From Deltaproteobacteria bacterium (GTDB taxonomy: Bacteria > Desulfobacterota > Dissulfuribacteria > Dissulfuribacterales > QOAL01), in NCBI GenBank assembly GCA_026986785.1, contig JALSNW010000022.1:14265-78264 (forward strand): 64,000 nucleotides of DNA, read 5' to 3'. Below the pieces are notes generated by a model. It did not search any database. It had not been told where the DNA came from and saw only the letters and a list, made by a program, of their open reading frames with translations. Below, piece by piece: positions 27,950 to 36,827 of the stretch (position 1 is the stretch's first letter; the number at the start of each line of letters is the position of its first letter). Position numbers and translations under genes: made by a program.

Positions 27950-29320
27950 TTAGTTTATTTCTCCCACAAGATCATAGGTATGGCTCTGGGTTATTTTGAC
28001 CTTTACGATCTGACCGGGTTCTGCAATCCCCTTGTTTATATAGGTCAATCCATCTACTTCAGGGGCCTGAAATCTGCTCTTGCCACAGAGAAGAAGATCA
28101 GTCTCCTCGCAGAATCCGTCCACCAATACATCTATCGTCTGACCAACCACGGCAGCATTTCTCTCCGCCGAGATATGGACCTGCATGGCCATGATCTCTT
28201 CTTTCCTCTCCTTTGCAATCTCGGGCAATACCTTGTCCTTTAAATGAAAGGACGGGGCGTCTTCCTCATCGGAATAGACAAAGCAACCGAGGTGATGAAA
28301 TCTCCACCTTTCCAGAAAATCACAGAGGATTGAAAAATCCTCTTCTGTCTCACCAGGGAAGCCAACCATGACCGTGGTCCTCATGGCAATATCTGGCAAT
28401 ACGCGCCCGATTCTCTCCATGATGGCATTCAACATGGACATATCATACGCCCTTCCCATAGACTTGAGTATCCTGGAGCTGGCATGTTGAACCGGCATGT
28501 CCATATACGGACATATCCTCCTGGAGTCGCCCAATACATCGAGAAGGCCTGGAGTAATACCAGAGGGATAAAGGTACATAAGCCTGAACCAGGGTACATC
28601 GGTCTCGGCCAGCAAAAGTCTCAGTAGTGAGGCAAGATCGAACCGCCCCCATTGATATGCAGTAAGGTCCTGGGCTACAAGGGTTATCTCCATGGCCCCT
28701 GCCTGAGACAAGATATTGACTTCCTGGACTATGTCCCTTGGAGGACGGCATTGCATCCTACCCCTTATTTCTGGAATCAAGCAGTAAGTGCACCTGTTCG
28801 AGCAACCCTCGGATATCTTCACGTACTGCTGCCAAGGCCTGCCTGAGGTGATCCTACGACCTGTGGCCGGCGTTGGGACATTGTCTCTGATATCCTTTTG
28901 AACCAGGAATTCTGCCAAGGCCCTGGCTGAGGCTTCTGGCCTCAGGTGAAAGGAGAAAAAATCCACCTCTGGTAGGAGATCTTCCAATTCCCTTTCATAC
29001 CTGAGGGGCAGACAACCCATGACCACAAGCACCTGGTCAGGCCTCTTGCCAGCAGCCAACTCCAAGATGGCCTCCAGGGATTCAGACACCGCCTCCTCTA
29101 TGAAGGCACAAGTATTTACAAGGATGATATCTGCCTGATCCTGTTCATGGCTGAATTCAAGCCCCCCAAGCAAGGCATCCAGATTGCCAAGGACATCTTC
29201 GGTATCTATGAGATTCTTGGGACAGCCCAGGCTTACCACAAACACCCTCGATGGCTTGAATGCAGCCTGCTCAGGTGTGGAGGGGTATCTTCTTGACGCT
29301 TTTGATGTGGTTTTTTTCAT
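27950..29320 (-). CDS. rimO: ribosomal protein S12 methylthiotransferase
   Basis: UPF0004 N-domain SLGCPKNLIDTE, radical-SAM CSNRCTYC, and a C-terminal TRAM domain. The 5' end overlaps the panD 3' end, so the start is uncertain. Confidence 0.88.
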   Translation of the reverse strand: MKKTTSKASRRYPSTPEQAAFKPSRVFVVSLGCPKNLIDTEDVLGNLDALLGGLEFSHEQDQADIILVNTCAFIEEAVSESLEAILELAAGKRPDQVLVVMGCLPLRYERELEDLLPEVDFFSFHLRPEASARALAEFLVQKDIRDNVPTPATGRRITSGRPWQQYVKISEGCSNRCTYCLIPEIRGRMQCRPPRDIVQEVNILSQAGAMEITLVAQDLTAYQWGRFDLASLLRLLLAETDVPWFRLMYLYPSGITPGLLDVLGDSRRICPYMDMPVQHASSRILKSMGRAYDMSMLNAIMERIGRVLPDIAMRTTVMVGFPGETEEDFSILCDFLERWRFHHLGCFVYSDEEDAPSFHLKDKVLPEIAKERKEEIMAMQVHISAERNAAVVGQTIDVLVDGFCEETDLLLCGKSRFQAPEVDGLTYINKGIAEPGQIVKVKITQSHTYDLVGEIN

Positions 29321-29645
29321 CAAGGAGCACTATAGTAGTGGAAAAACTATCGAGTTCATCATCTTCATAAAGGCCATACGCAGCGATTATTATAAGGTCT
29401 CCAACACAGGCCTTTCTGGCAGCAGCTCCATTGACACAGACAATACCTGTATCCGCTTCACCCTCTATGATGTAGGTATCAAATCTTTCGCCATTGTGGA
29501 TATTGTAGACCATGACCCTTTCATGGGGCAGTAGATCAGCCGCCTCCATGAGGCTCTTGTCCAAGGTCAAACTACCTTCGTATTGCAGCTCGGTCTGGGT
29601 AACCATGGCCCGATGTAACTTTGATTTCAACATAGATCTCAACAT
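29271..29645 (-). CDS. panD: aspartate 1-decarboxylase
   Basis: Start set at MLRSMLKSKLHRA. Self-processing site YEGSLT and GAAAR block. Confidence 0.92.
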   Translation of the reverse strand: MLRSMLKSKLHRAMVTQTELQYEGSLTLDKSLMEAADLLPHERVMVYNIHNGERFDTYIIEGEADTGIVCVNGAAARKACVGDLIIIAAYGLYEDDELDSFSTTIVLLDEKNHIKSVKKIPLHT

Positions 29646-29681
29646 GGCATTATTATAACAAAATATATTCAAGAATTGGAA

Positions 29682-30524
29682 TCAAATCAGAATATTGTCA
29701 ATAAGTCTAGTGGTGCCGACAAAAACGGCCAAGGCAACAAGAAGGGGCCTTTCCACCTGCTCCAAGGGCTTGAGGGTATCTGGATCTCCAGTAAATATAT
29801 AATCGATCCTGGTGAAGGGGAAGGATTCGATCTTCTGCCTCAACCTTGTTTGTATCTGGCTACAGCTTTCTACCCCCTCTTCTCTCACAAGCCTGTCTGC
29901 AAGCTGAAGGGCCTGATAGAGGCACAGTGCCGAAGGCCGCTGTTCCTCAGTGAGATAGGCGTTTCTGGAACTCATGGCCAGGCCATCGGGTTCCCTCACG
30001 ATAGGGCAGCCAAGTATCCGTATGGGTAGATCGAGATCCCTCACCATCCTTCTGATGATCTGTAGCTGCTGGAAATCTTTCTGACCAAAAACAGCTACAT
30101 CTGGCTGGATTATATTGAACAGTTTTGTAACGATGGTTGCCACCCCACGAAAATGGGTGGGCCTGCTCTTTCCACAGAGTCCATTGCTCAAATCCTCCAC
30201 AACTACCCATGTCTTGTGCTCAGGGGCATATATCTGGTCATCTCTTGGGATAAAAAGGGCATCTATCCCCTGAGTCTCTGCGAGCTTCTTGTCCCGATCC
30301 AGATCCCTGGGATAGGAGGCCAGATCTTCATTTGGCGCGAATTGAGTTGGATTGACAAAGATGGAGACAATCACCCTATCCGCATGCCTCTTGCATTCCT
30401 CCATCAGGCTCAGGTGTCCTTGGTGAAAATAGCCCATGGTAGGGACCAGTCCTATCTTCTGGGAAGCACTCCTCCACTGCCGAACCATTTCCCGTGCATC
30501 GGCCTTTGATTCAAGTATCTTCAT
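29682..30524 (-). CDS. panC: pantoate-beta-alanine ligase
   Basis: Start set at MKILES. PTMGYFHQGHLSL motif. Confidence 0.93.
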   Translation of the reverse strand: MKILESKADAREMVRQWRSASQKIGLVPTMGYFHQGHLSLMEECKRHADRVIVSIFVNPTQFAPNEDLASYPRDLDRDKKLAETQGIDALFIPRDDQIYAPEHKTWVVVEDLSNGLCGKSRPTHFRGVATIVTKLFNIIQPDVAVFGQKDFQQLQIIRRMVRDLDLPIRILGCPIVREPDGLAMSSRNAYLTEEQRPSALCLYQALQLADRLVREEGVESCSQIQTRLRQKIESFPFTRIDYIFTGDPDTLKPLEQVERPLLVALAVFVGTTRLIDNILI

Positions 30525-31426
30525 TTGCACTCCTGGTCCATGGAGCAAACCCCTGAATCCGAGGGAGAAAAGATCCCCAGGCCATTGGAAGGAACGGGAA
30601 TGATCTCCTTACCCCGTCCACAGAAACACTTTTCGTGAATATAGTCTATAATGGCCTTGTCTCCCTTGATGATACCAAAACCTGTCCCTGTCTGCTCTAT
30701 GATAACAGGAACAGAATTGATGCCAAAGAGCTTTAGTGCCAAGACATTGATCTCTGGCCTATAGTTTTCTATTGGCAAAAGCCCTGGTAAAATCTGTCTG
30801 TCCACCTTGGATACAGGGTTGAAGTGTATTTCACAACTTACACAACCATGAAGGGCATCGAGGACCTTTTGACAATGGGGACAGCGCTCTGAAAATATCA
30901 AATAGGCCACAGACACTGGGTTGGAACATGTCTTAACGGCATACGTTCCCGAATTAAGGCTCACATTGCCAGCATAGGGGAGCTTTATCATGGAAAAAAA
31001 GACGGTCTCCAAGGCCACTAACACCAGGCCCGTAACGAACAGTTTTGGCCTGTATGTGATGGCTATCAAAAAGATGATGGCACAAATAATAAGGCAATAG
31101 GAGCAGAAACTATGGGCTATGAACAACTGAATGCTCAATAGTATGCCCTCGGACACCAAACCGCATAGGATAAGAAGATCGAGCAGGAGACAAGCAAGCC
31201 CTTTATTTTTCTTCACCAGAAAGGTAAGTCCAAGGACCGCAAGGAAAAAGGCACTCCCTATCGTGTTTACTATAAAGGGGCTGAACCTTATGTAGCCTTC
31301 CACCAGACTACAACCGTCATTGAAGCATAGTTCCTTGCCCCTGAGATGAAAAAAGATCTGTATAAATGTAAGGGCAAGCCCTGAAAGGGCCAGTATCCTT
31401 ATTGAATTTAGCTGCAGTCTTTTCAT
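30521..31426 (-). CDS. VKOR-family membrane oxidoreductase fused to a thioredoxin-like domain
   Basis: Start set at MKRLQL (301 aa). Multi-TM N-half with loop Cys pair CFNDGC and membrane CSYC. C-terminal soluble domain has CPHC. The stop overlaps the panC start by 4 nt. Confidence 0.7.
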   Translation of the reverse strand: MKRLQLNSIRILALSGLALTFIQIFFHLRGKELCFNDGCSLVEGYIRFSPFIVNTIGSAFFLAVLGLTFLVKKNKGLACLLLDLLILCGLVSEGILLSIQLFIAHSFCSYCLIICAIIFLIAITYRPKLFVTGLVLVALETVFFSMIKLPYAGNVSLNSGTYAVKTCSNPVSVAYLIFSERCPHCQKVLDALHGCVSCEIHFNPVSKVDRQILPGLLPIENYRPEINVLALKLFGINSVPVIIEQTGTGFGIIKGDKAIIDYIHEKCFCGRGKEIIPVPSNGLGIFSPSDSGVCSMDQECK

Positions 31427-31495
31427 TTTTTTATTATTTATATGGGATATCTCTTTAATTGGATTCGGTATCCAACATACATTTTTTAAATAATT

Positions 31496-32791
31496 ATGAC
31501 AAACAAAACAAAAAAGCCTCGGCCTTGCCTTGTGTATGCCAACCAGAATGGGGAGATCTATGATTATCCCGCACTGGAAATGGCGGGAAGGAGGGGATTT
31601 GATTTTGAGCGCATCGACCCCCAAGACCTTATTCCCCTTCCAGAAGGCAGTGAGCTATTCGTCTTACCCGATACCATTCCCGTTGCATGGGACCCAGGCC
31701 AAAAGGATTTCGTGCACTTCGATCCAGATCCGTACCAGACAGATGGGCCTGCGTATGCCGTAGCTGCTTTCATGGCCCCTGCCTATACCCAATGTCTTCT
31801 TGCGGCCTTTGAAAAGCGTGACACATCATCTCCTCCCTTGCCACTTTTTGCCTATACGGCCGTAGGTTGGTGGAAGGACAGGTTTTGGGTGGCTGGTTTT
31901 AGAAGCGATCTTGATAGACGCCAGGATCTGAGGGGATTCAATCCTGAAAAGGTGAAAAGAAACACCCTGAAGACCTTGAAGGCCCATAGAAAAAATAGGC
32001 TGATACAACACTTGGGCAAATGCAGCCTCACCTACGGATGCCCTGCTGCCAAGAACCTCTTTCTCGGCAGATTCGAAGCGCCTCTTCCGTCTTCCCCTTC
32101 ATGCAATGCCCGTTGCCTCGGCTGCCTATCCCTCCAGGAAAAAGGAGGCCCACCTGCCACCCAAGACAGGATAGACTTTGTGCCCTCTGCTGGAGAGATA
32201 TCAGAGGTAGCCCTAATGCACCTTGCAAGGGCCCCCAAAGGGGTGGTCAGTTTTGGCCAAGGATGCGAGGGTGAACCCCTGATGAATCCAGGGCTTCTTG
32301 CAGAATCCATCCACAAGACGAGAAATACGTGCAAGACCGGCACCATAAATCTAAATACCAATGCAAGCCGCCCCAAAGGACTGTCCCAGGTGATAGATGC
32401 TGGCCTTGACAGTATTAGAATTAGCATTAATTCTGTCAGAAAAGAATATTATCAGCCATATTACAGGCCCAAGGGTTATGTTTACGAGGATGTATTGCGA
32501 TCTTGGCAACTTGCAAAAGAGGCTGGTCTGCATGTGTCTCTGAACCTCTTTGTCACCCCTGGACTTACGGATTCCAAGAAAGAGGTGGAAAGGCTTGCAG
32601 AACTCATAGGCCGCTTTGGCCTTGACCTTATACAGCTCAGGAATCACAATATCGATCCCGACTGGTATCTAAGGCGTATAGGCTTCAAGGATGAGGCCTC
32701 CTGCCTTGGCATAAAGGGCATGATCGGATATCTGAAAGATAGATTTCCCGCCCTCAACTTTGGCTACTTCAATCCTCCAGTGAAGGGCTGA
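31496..32791 (+). CDS. radical SAM protein with an N-terminal extension of about 195 aa, function unknown
   Basis: CNARCLGC (CX3CX2C) at residues 203-210, followed by a GQGCEGEPL glycine-rich SAM block. Confidence 0.75.
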   Translation: MTNKTKKPRPCLVYANQNGEIYDYPALEMAGRRGFDFERIDPQDLIPLPEGSELFVLPDTIPVAWDPGQKDFVHFDPDPYQTDGPAYAVAAFMAPAYTQCLLAAFEKRDTSSPPLPLFAYTAVGWWKDRFWVAGFRSDLDRRQDLRGFNPEKVKRNTLKTLKAHRKNRLIQHLGKCSLTYGCPAAKNLFLGRFEAPLPSSPSCNARCLGCLSLQEKGGPPATQDRIDFVPSAGEISEVALMHLARAPKGVVSFGQGCEGEPLMNPGLLAESIHKTRNTCKTGTINLNTNASRPKGLSQVIDAGLDSIRISINSVRKEYYQPYYRPKGYVYEDVLRSWQLAKEAGLHVSLNLFVTPGLTDSKKEVERLAELIGRFGLDLIQLRNHNIDPDWYLRRIGFKDEASCLGIKGMIGYLKDRFPALNFGYFNPPVKG

Positions 32792-32812
32792 AAAAACAGA
32801 AAGGAAACAGAA

Positions 32813-33667
32813 GTGTCAGATCCAGTAGACATAAGAAAGATACTCACCTTTGTCAGGGATACTGTGCAAGGCCCCTTGCAGGAAATAGCAATAGAGGGGA
32901 TAAAGGCCGGGCTGGAAGCAGGATTCTTTGCCAAAAAACACTACGGCACTACCCACAAGGTATCCTACAAGGGAGAGATAGACCTGGTAACAGAAACAGA
33001 CGTGGAATCAGAAAGGATCATAAAAAACCGCCTGAAACGCATAGGCGCAGCAGAAATAATGGCAGAAGAAAGTAGCCTCGACTCCAGTCTCAGAGACGGC
33101 ACATTTTGGATCATAGACCCCCTGGATGGCACCACCAACTTCGCCCATGGATTCCCCTTTTTTGCACCATCCATAGCCTATTGCACCATTGAACCCGCCT
33201 GTTTTACTCCACTCTTTGGTTGTGTTTTCATCCCCTGTCTAAATGAACTCTTTTGGGCTGTCAGGGGGCTTGGCAGCTATCTCAACACCCACAGGATCAG
33301 GACATCTTCAGAGAATAGGCTCTCGCGGGCCCTTCTGGCCACAGGCTTCCCATACGACATACACCAGGATGCCAGCGAGGTGATCTCGGCCTTCAAGGAA
33401 ATGGTTGTGCGGGCACAGGGTGTCAGGAGGGCTGGGGCAGCAGCCATCGATCTGGCCTATGTGGCATGTGGCAGGTTTGAGGGGTTTTGGGAAAAGAAAT
33501 TGAAGCCTTGGGACACAGCAGCAGGCCAGCTACTCGTGGAAGAGGCTGGAGGAAGGGTAACAGGATTCAAGGGCCAGACATATAACCCTTTCGTGCCAGA
33601 GATAATTGCATCAAACAGTCTCATCCACGATGAAATGATCCAGGTACTCAAAGGATTTTCAAAATGA
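32813..33667 (+). CDS. suhB: inositol monophosphatase family protein
   Basis: WIIDPLDGTTNF motif and C-terminal WDTAAG block. GTG start. Confidence 0.88.
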   Translation: MSDPVDIRKILTFVRDTVQGPLQEIAIEGIKAGLEAGFFAKKHYGTTHKVSYKGEIDLVTETDVESERIIKNRLKRIGAAEIMAEESSLDSSLRDGTFWIIDPLDGTTNFAHGFPFFAPSIAYCTIEPACFTPLFGCVFIPCLNELFWAVRGLGSYLNTHRIRTSSENRLSRALLATGFPYDIHQDASEVISAFKEMVVRAQGVRRAGAAAIDLAYVACGRFEGFWEKKLKPWDTAAGQLLVEEAGGRVTGFKGQTYNPFVPEIIASNSLIHDEMIQVLKGFSK

Positions 33668-34134
33668 CCACCTACAGATTCATCACCTGTCCAGAATGTG
33701 GCGCAAGGATCAGGCTCTACGCAAACCCCATTCCCACGGTTGACATTATAATCGAGATGCAGGACAAGATCGTACTCGTAGAGAGGAAAAACCCCCCTCT
33801 AGGGCTGGCTATCCCTGGAGGCTTTGTGGACTATGGAGAACGGGTAGAGGATGCGGCAAGACGTGAGGCCAAGGAAGAAACTGGGCTGGAGGTCACGATA
33901 AAATATCTTGTAGGTGTCTATTCAGACCCCTCGAGGGATTCCAGGATGCATACCATAAGCACGGTCTTTGCTGCAGAAGCAAGGGGAAGACCCCAGGCTG
34001 GAGACGATGCAGCAGCAGTGATATTGGTGGACCCAGAGATGATCCATACAAATCTCTGCTTTGATCACAGCAGGATTATCAATGATTATCTTAGAATGAA
34101 AAAGGGGAAGGCAAGATTCTCAGCCTATTCATGA
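33664..34134 (+). CDS. NUDIX hydrolase with N-terminal zinc-ribbon
   Basis: Nudix box GGFVDYGERVEDAARREAKEETGL. N-terminal CPECG. ATGA overlap with the preceding gene. Confidence 0.88.
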   Translation: MTTYRFITCPECGARIRLYANPIPTVDIIIEMQDKIVLVERKNPPLGLAIPGGFVDYGERVEDAARREAKEETGLEVTIKYLVGVYSDPSRDSRMHTISTVFAAEARGRPQAGDDAAAVILVDPEMIHTNLCFDHSRIINDYLRMKKGKARFSAYS

Positions 34135-35082
34135 ATCAGCAGGGTCACTTGGCTTATGATGAACCACCAGCTTATTGCCACCCGCTTTTTTTGCCATATA
34201 TAGTGCCTGATCAGCACTGGTTACGAGCTGTCTGGCAAGGGCATTAGAATCTTCTCCATAGGCAAGTTTTGCAAGCCCCAGGCTCATGGTGACAGACTTG
34301 ACGTCCTCTCTACCAAAATTCTTCCTTATCCGCTCTGCGATTGCCTCAGCTTGTTCTTGTGAGGCATAGGGAATTAGAACAGCAAATTCATCACCGCCAA
34401 ATCTGAAGGCCATGTCCACGTTCTTCCTAGTGGATCTTTCCAGTGTTCTTGCCAGGATATTCAGTATCCTGTCACCTTCCTGGTGTCCATCCTTGTCATT
34501 GATCTCCTTGAATTTATCCAGATCCACCATGAGAAGGAAAAGCGGATAGTTCTGTCGTAGAGCCCTGGCCGCCTCTTCTTTGATTTTCTGATCAAAGAAA
34601 CGCCTGTTAAAAAGATCTGTTAGGCCATCTCTTATGGAGAGCCTCTTGAGGGCATGTCTCAACTGGCGCTCCCGTACTACCCTGTTGAGTTTTGCCTCTA
34701 TTTCATCAAGAGAAAATGGTTTTTGGACAAAATCACTAGCCCCAGAATATATCACATCCGTATATGTAAAATTTTTTGTGTAACCTGTCATGACCATGAC
34801 GTCGATGTCAGGCCAAGACTGTTTTACTATCTTCAAGAGCTCGAGGCCATCTATCTGGGGCATGATAAGATCTGTTATGATTACAGTGAAGTTGTGATCC
34901 TCCAGGAGTTCCAAGGCCTTCTTACCGTTCTCAGCAGTCTCATGGGTAAAGCCCTTCCTTTCGAGAAATTGGCCCAGGAGATCACGAATAGATGGATCAT
35001 CATCAACGATAAGTATTTTCTGGGGCTCCTCTTCTAACTTGATAAAGGGAAGACCATTTATATAGCTGGCCAGATCGTCCAT
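34129..35082 (-). CDS. response regulator receiver-GGDEF diguanylate cyclase
   Basis: REC domain (ILIVDDD...DLIMP) plus a GGDEF domain with an intact RFGGDEFAV. Confidence 0.9.
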   Translation of the reverse strand: MDDLASYINGLPFIKLEEEPQKILIVDDDPSIRDLLGQFLERKGFTHETAENGKKALELLEDHNFTVIITDLIMPQIDGLELLKIVKQSWPDIDVMVMTGYTKNFTYTDVIYSGASDFVQKPFSLDEIEAKLNRVVRERQLRHALKRLSIRDGLTDLFNRRFFDQKIKEEAARALRQNYPLFLLMVDLDKFKEINDKDGHQEGDRILNILARTLERSTRKNVDMAFRFGGDEFAVLIPYASQEQAEAIAERIRKNFGREDVKSVTMSLGLAKLAYGEDSNALARQLVTSADQALYMAKKAGGNKLVVHHKPSDPADS

Positions 35083-35311
35083 AAAAATAAAGCTATTTTA
35101 TAGCTGATTGAGATTGTTAAGTGTCATGTTCCAATTTTCTTGACTGATGGAATAATTAATCAACCTTTAAAAAAAAGACAACAAATCATGTGAAAAAAAA
35201 CGCATTTTCTACCCTGAGGGATATTTACAGAACTCTTTGATTCTCTGTGTATATAATCACCTATTCGGTAGCACACAGCCTATACTTTATATTTTGCTCC
35301 GTTTCCATGGA

Positions 35312-35908
35312 TCAGATTCTGATAACCTTTGTGGCAATCTGCATGGAAGTTACAATATCTAACATATTGGTAGTCTGGCCCACGACCTTTTTATCAAGAA
35401 GCCCAAAATATTCCAGGCAAGTGCCACAGACCAGTATATCCACACCTGCATCATGGAGCTCAAAGAGAGAAGGTAGCACGGCAGAACCCTCCACCGCAAG
35501 CCTCACCCCCCCATTTACCAACACGATCCTCCAAAGATCCTTGCCCATTTCCTTGAGTGTGAGGAGGAAATTCTTCATAAGGCCCCTACCAAGCTCGTCA
35601 TCCCCTGTGCCAAAGACATCCGTTGGAATGAAGACCAACAACTTCTCCTCATGCCCCTTTTCTATAGCCTCCTGTCCATGACTGAGCTCGCAGGTACCTG
35701 GGGCCCCAGTAATAAAAAAGCTACCATCTCGTGCCTCTCTGACACTGACACTCCAACCCTGGCTCTTAAAAAATCGGGTGACGTTTTCCCTCGATGCCTC
35801 ATTGTCCACCCTGATTTCTATTAGTTCATTGGGAAAACGCTCTATAAGGTCTTTTGTGATAAGTACTGGCTGAGGACAGGCGATTCCCCGGCAGTCCTTT
35901 TTCTGCAT
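35312..35908 (-). CDS. yedF: YedF-like sulfurtransferase-type selenium metabolism protein (TusA-like + DsrE-like)
   Basis: 198 aa. N-terminal TusA-type CPQP motif (GIACPQPVL). The C-terminal half resembles DsrE/DsrF-like proteins, with CGTC. Confidence 0.7.
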   Translation of the reverse strand: MQKKDCRGIACPQPVLITKDLIERFPNELIEIRVDNEASRENVTRFFKSQGWSVSVREARDGSFFITGAPGTCELSHGQEAIEKGHEEKLLVFIPTDVFGTGDDELGRGLMKNFLLTLKEMGKDLWRIVLVNGGVRLAVEGSAVLPSLFELHDAGVDILVCGTCLEYFGLLDKKVVGQTTNMLDIVTSMQIATKVIRI

Positions 35909-36021
35909 ATGTTTACTCCATATATCTGAAACTTCCTACAAGATAAACCAACCCCAGGGATAATAGCAATCCAGGAAACAAATAAAAAATAAAGCCATTG
36001 AAATGGCGTCTGTTTAGAAAA

Positions 36022-36036
36022 TGGCAACAAACTTGC
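36022..36036 (+). promoter_or_regulatory. sigma-54-type -24/-12 promoter element
   Basis: TGGCAA-N5-TTGC, with GG and GC separated by 10 nt, about 80 nt upstream of the ATG at 36118. It is the only match of this quality I found in any intergenic region of the window. Confidence 0.45.
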
Positions 36037-36117
36037 GATAATATGGTCTGGTGCGAAAGCTTATAAAAAAACAGGTGGAAAAACCATAACCTATTGATAA
36101 TATAGACAGAAACTGTC

Positions 36118-36774
36118 ATGAAATTAAAAAGACCCTGGACCCCCTATGTCTGCCCTTTTGTAGTATTCATAATTTTGACGGCAATAGGGCAATATTTCCC
36201 CTCATTATCATATATCTTCTATGTCCTGAAGACACTCATCACTGCAGCCCTACTGTTCTATTTCAGAAGGGAGTACCAGCACGATCTAAATGCTTGCATG
36301 GATCTGCGCACATGGAGCGAATCGATTTTTGCTGGCATGGTGGTATTGGCTGTCTGGATCTTGTCAGACAATGTCTTTCCCCACCTCGGAAACCCCATAG
36401 GCTTTGATCCAGCCAGATTCTGTTTGACACCGAATTCAGAGATGATAGTCCTATCCATCAGACTTCTTGGGGCATCTATCGTTGTCCCAATAATGGAAGA
36501 ACTTTTCTGGCGCTCTTTTCTCATGAGATACCTGATAAACCCTGATTTTAAGGCTGTCAGCGTAGGTGCATTCACATGGTTTTCCTTTCTCAGTGTTACC
36601 ATCCTATTTGGATTGGAACACTATCATGTAATCCAGGGCATTGTGGCAGGTCTTGTATTCAGCCTCCTGGTCATACACCAAAAAAACCTGAAAGGCGCCA
36701 TAATATCACATGGAATAACAAACTTTGGGCTTGGGATATACGTGTTATCCACTGGAAATTGGCATTTCTGGTAG
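36118..36774 (+). CDS. CPBP (CAAX protease-like) intramembrane metalloprotease family protein
   Basis: 218-aa multi-TM ORF with EELFWRSF (EExxxR), LFGLEHYH and ISHGITNF motifs. Confidence 0.8.
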   Translation: MKLKRPWTPYVCPFVVFIILTAIGQYFPSLSYIFYVLKTLITAALLFYFRREYQHDLNACMDLRTWSESIFAGMVVLAVWILSDNVFPHLGNPIGFDPARFCLTPNSEMIVLSIRLLGASIVVPIMEELFWRSFLMRYLINPDFKAVSVGAFTWFSFLSVTILFGLEHYHVIQGIVAGLVFSLLVIHQKNLKGAIISHGITNFGLGIYVLSTGNWHFW

Positions 36775-36827
36775 GGGAAATGATAAATCATCCAAAAGCA
36801 AAAACCCAAAGAGCAGGGAGACAGTGG

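Noticed and set aside
29271-29323. Overlap of about 50 nt between the panD 3' end and the rimO 5' end.
   Set aside because: This is most likely start-codon ambiguity for rimO. The conserved RimO domain begins about 25 codons in, and a GTG at the RVFVV position is possible. It is probably not a functional long overlap and cannot be resolved without N-terminal data.
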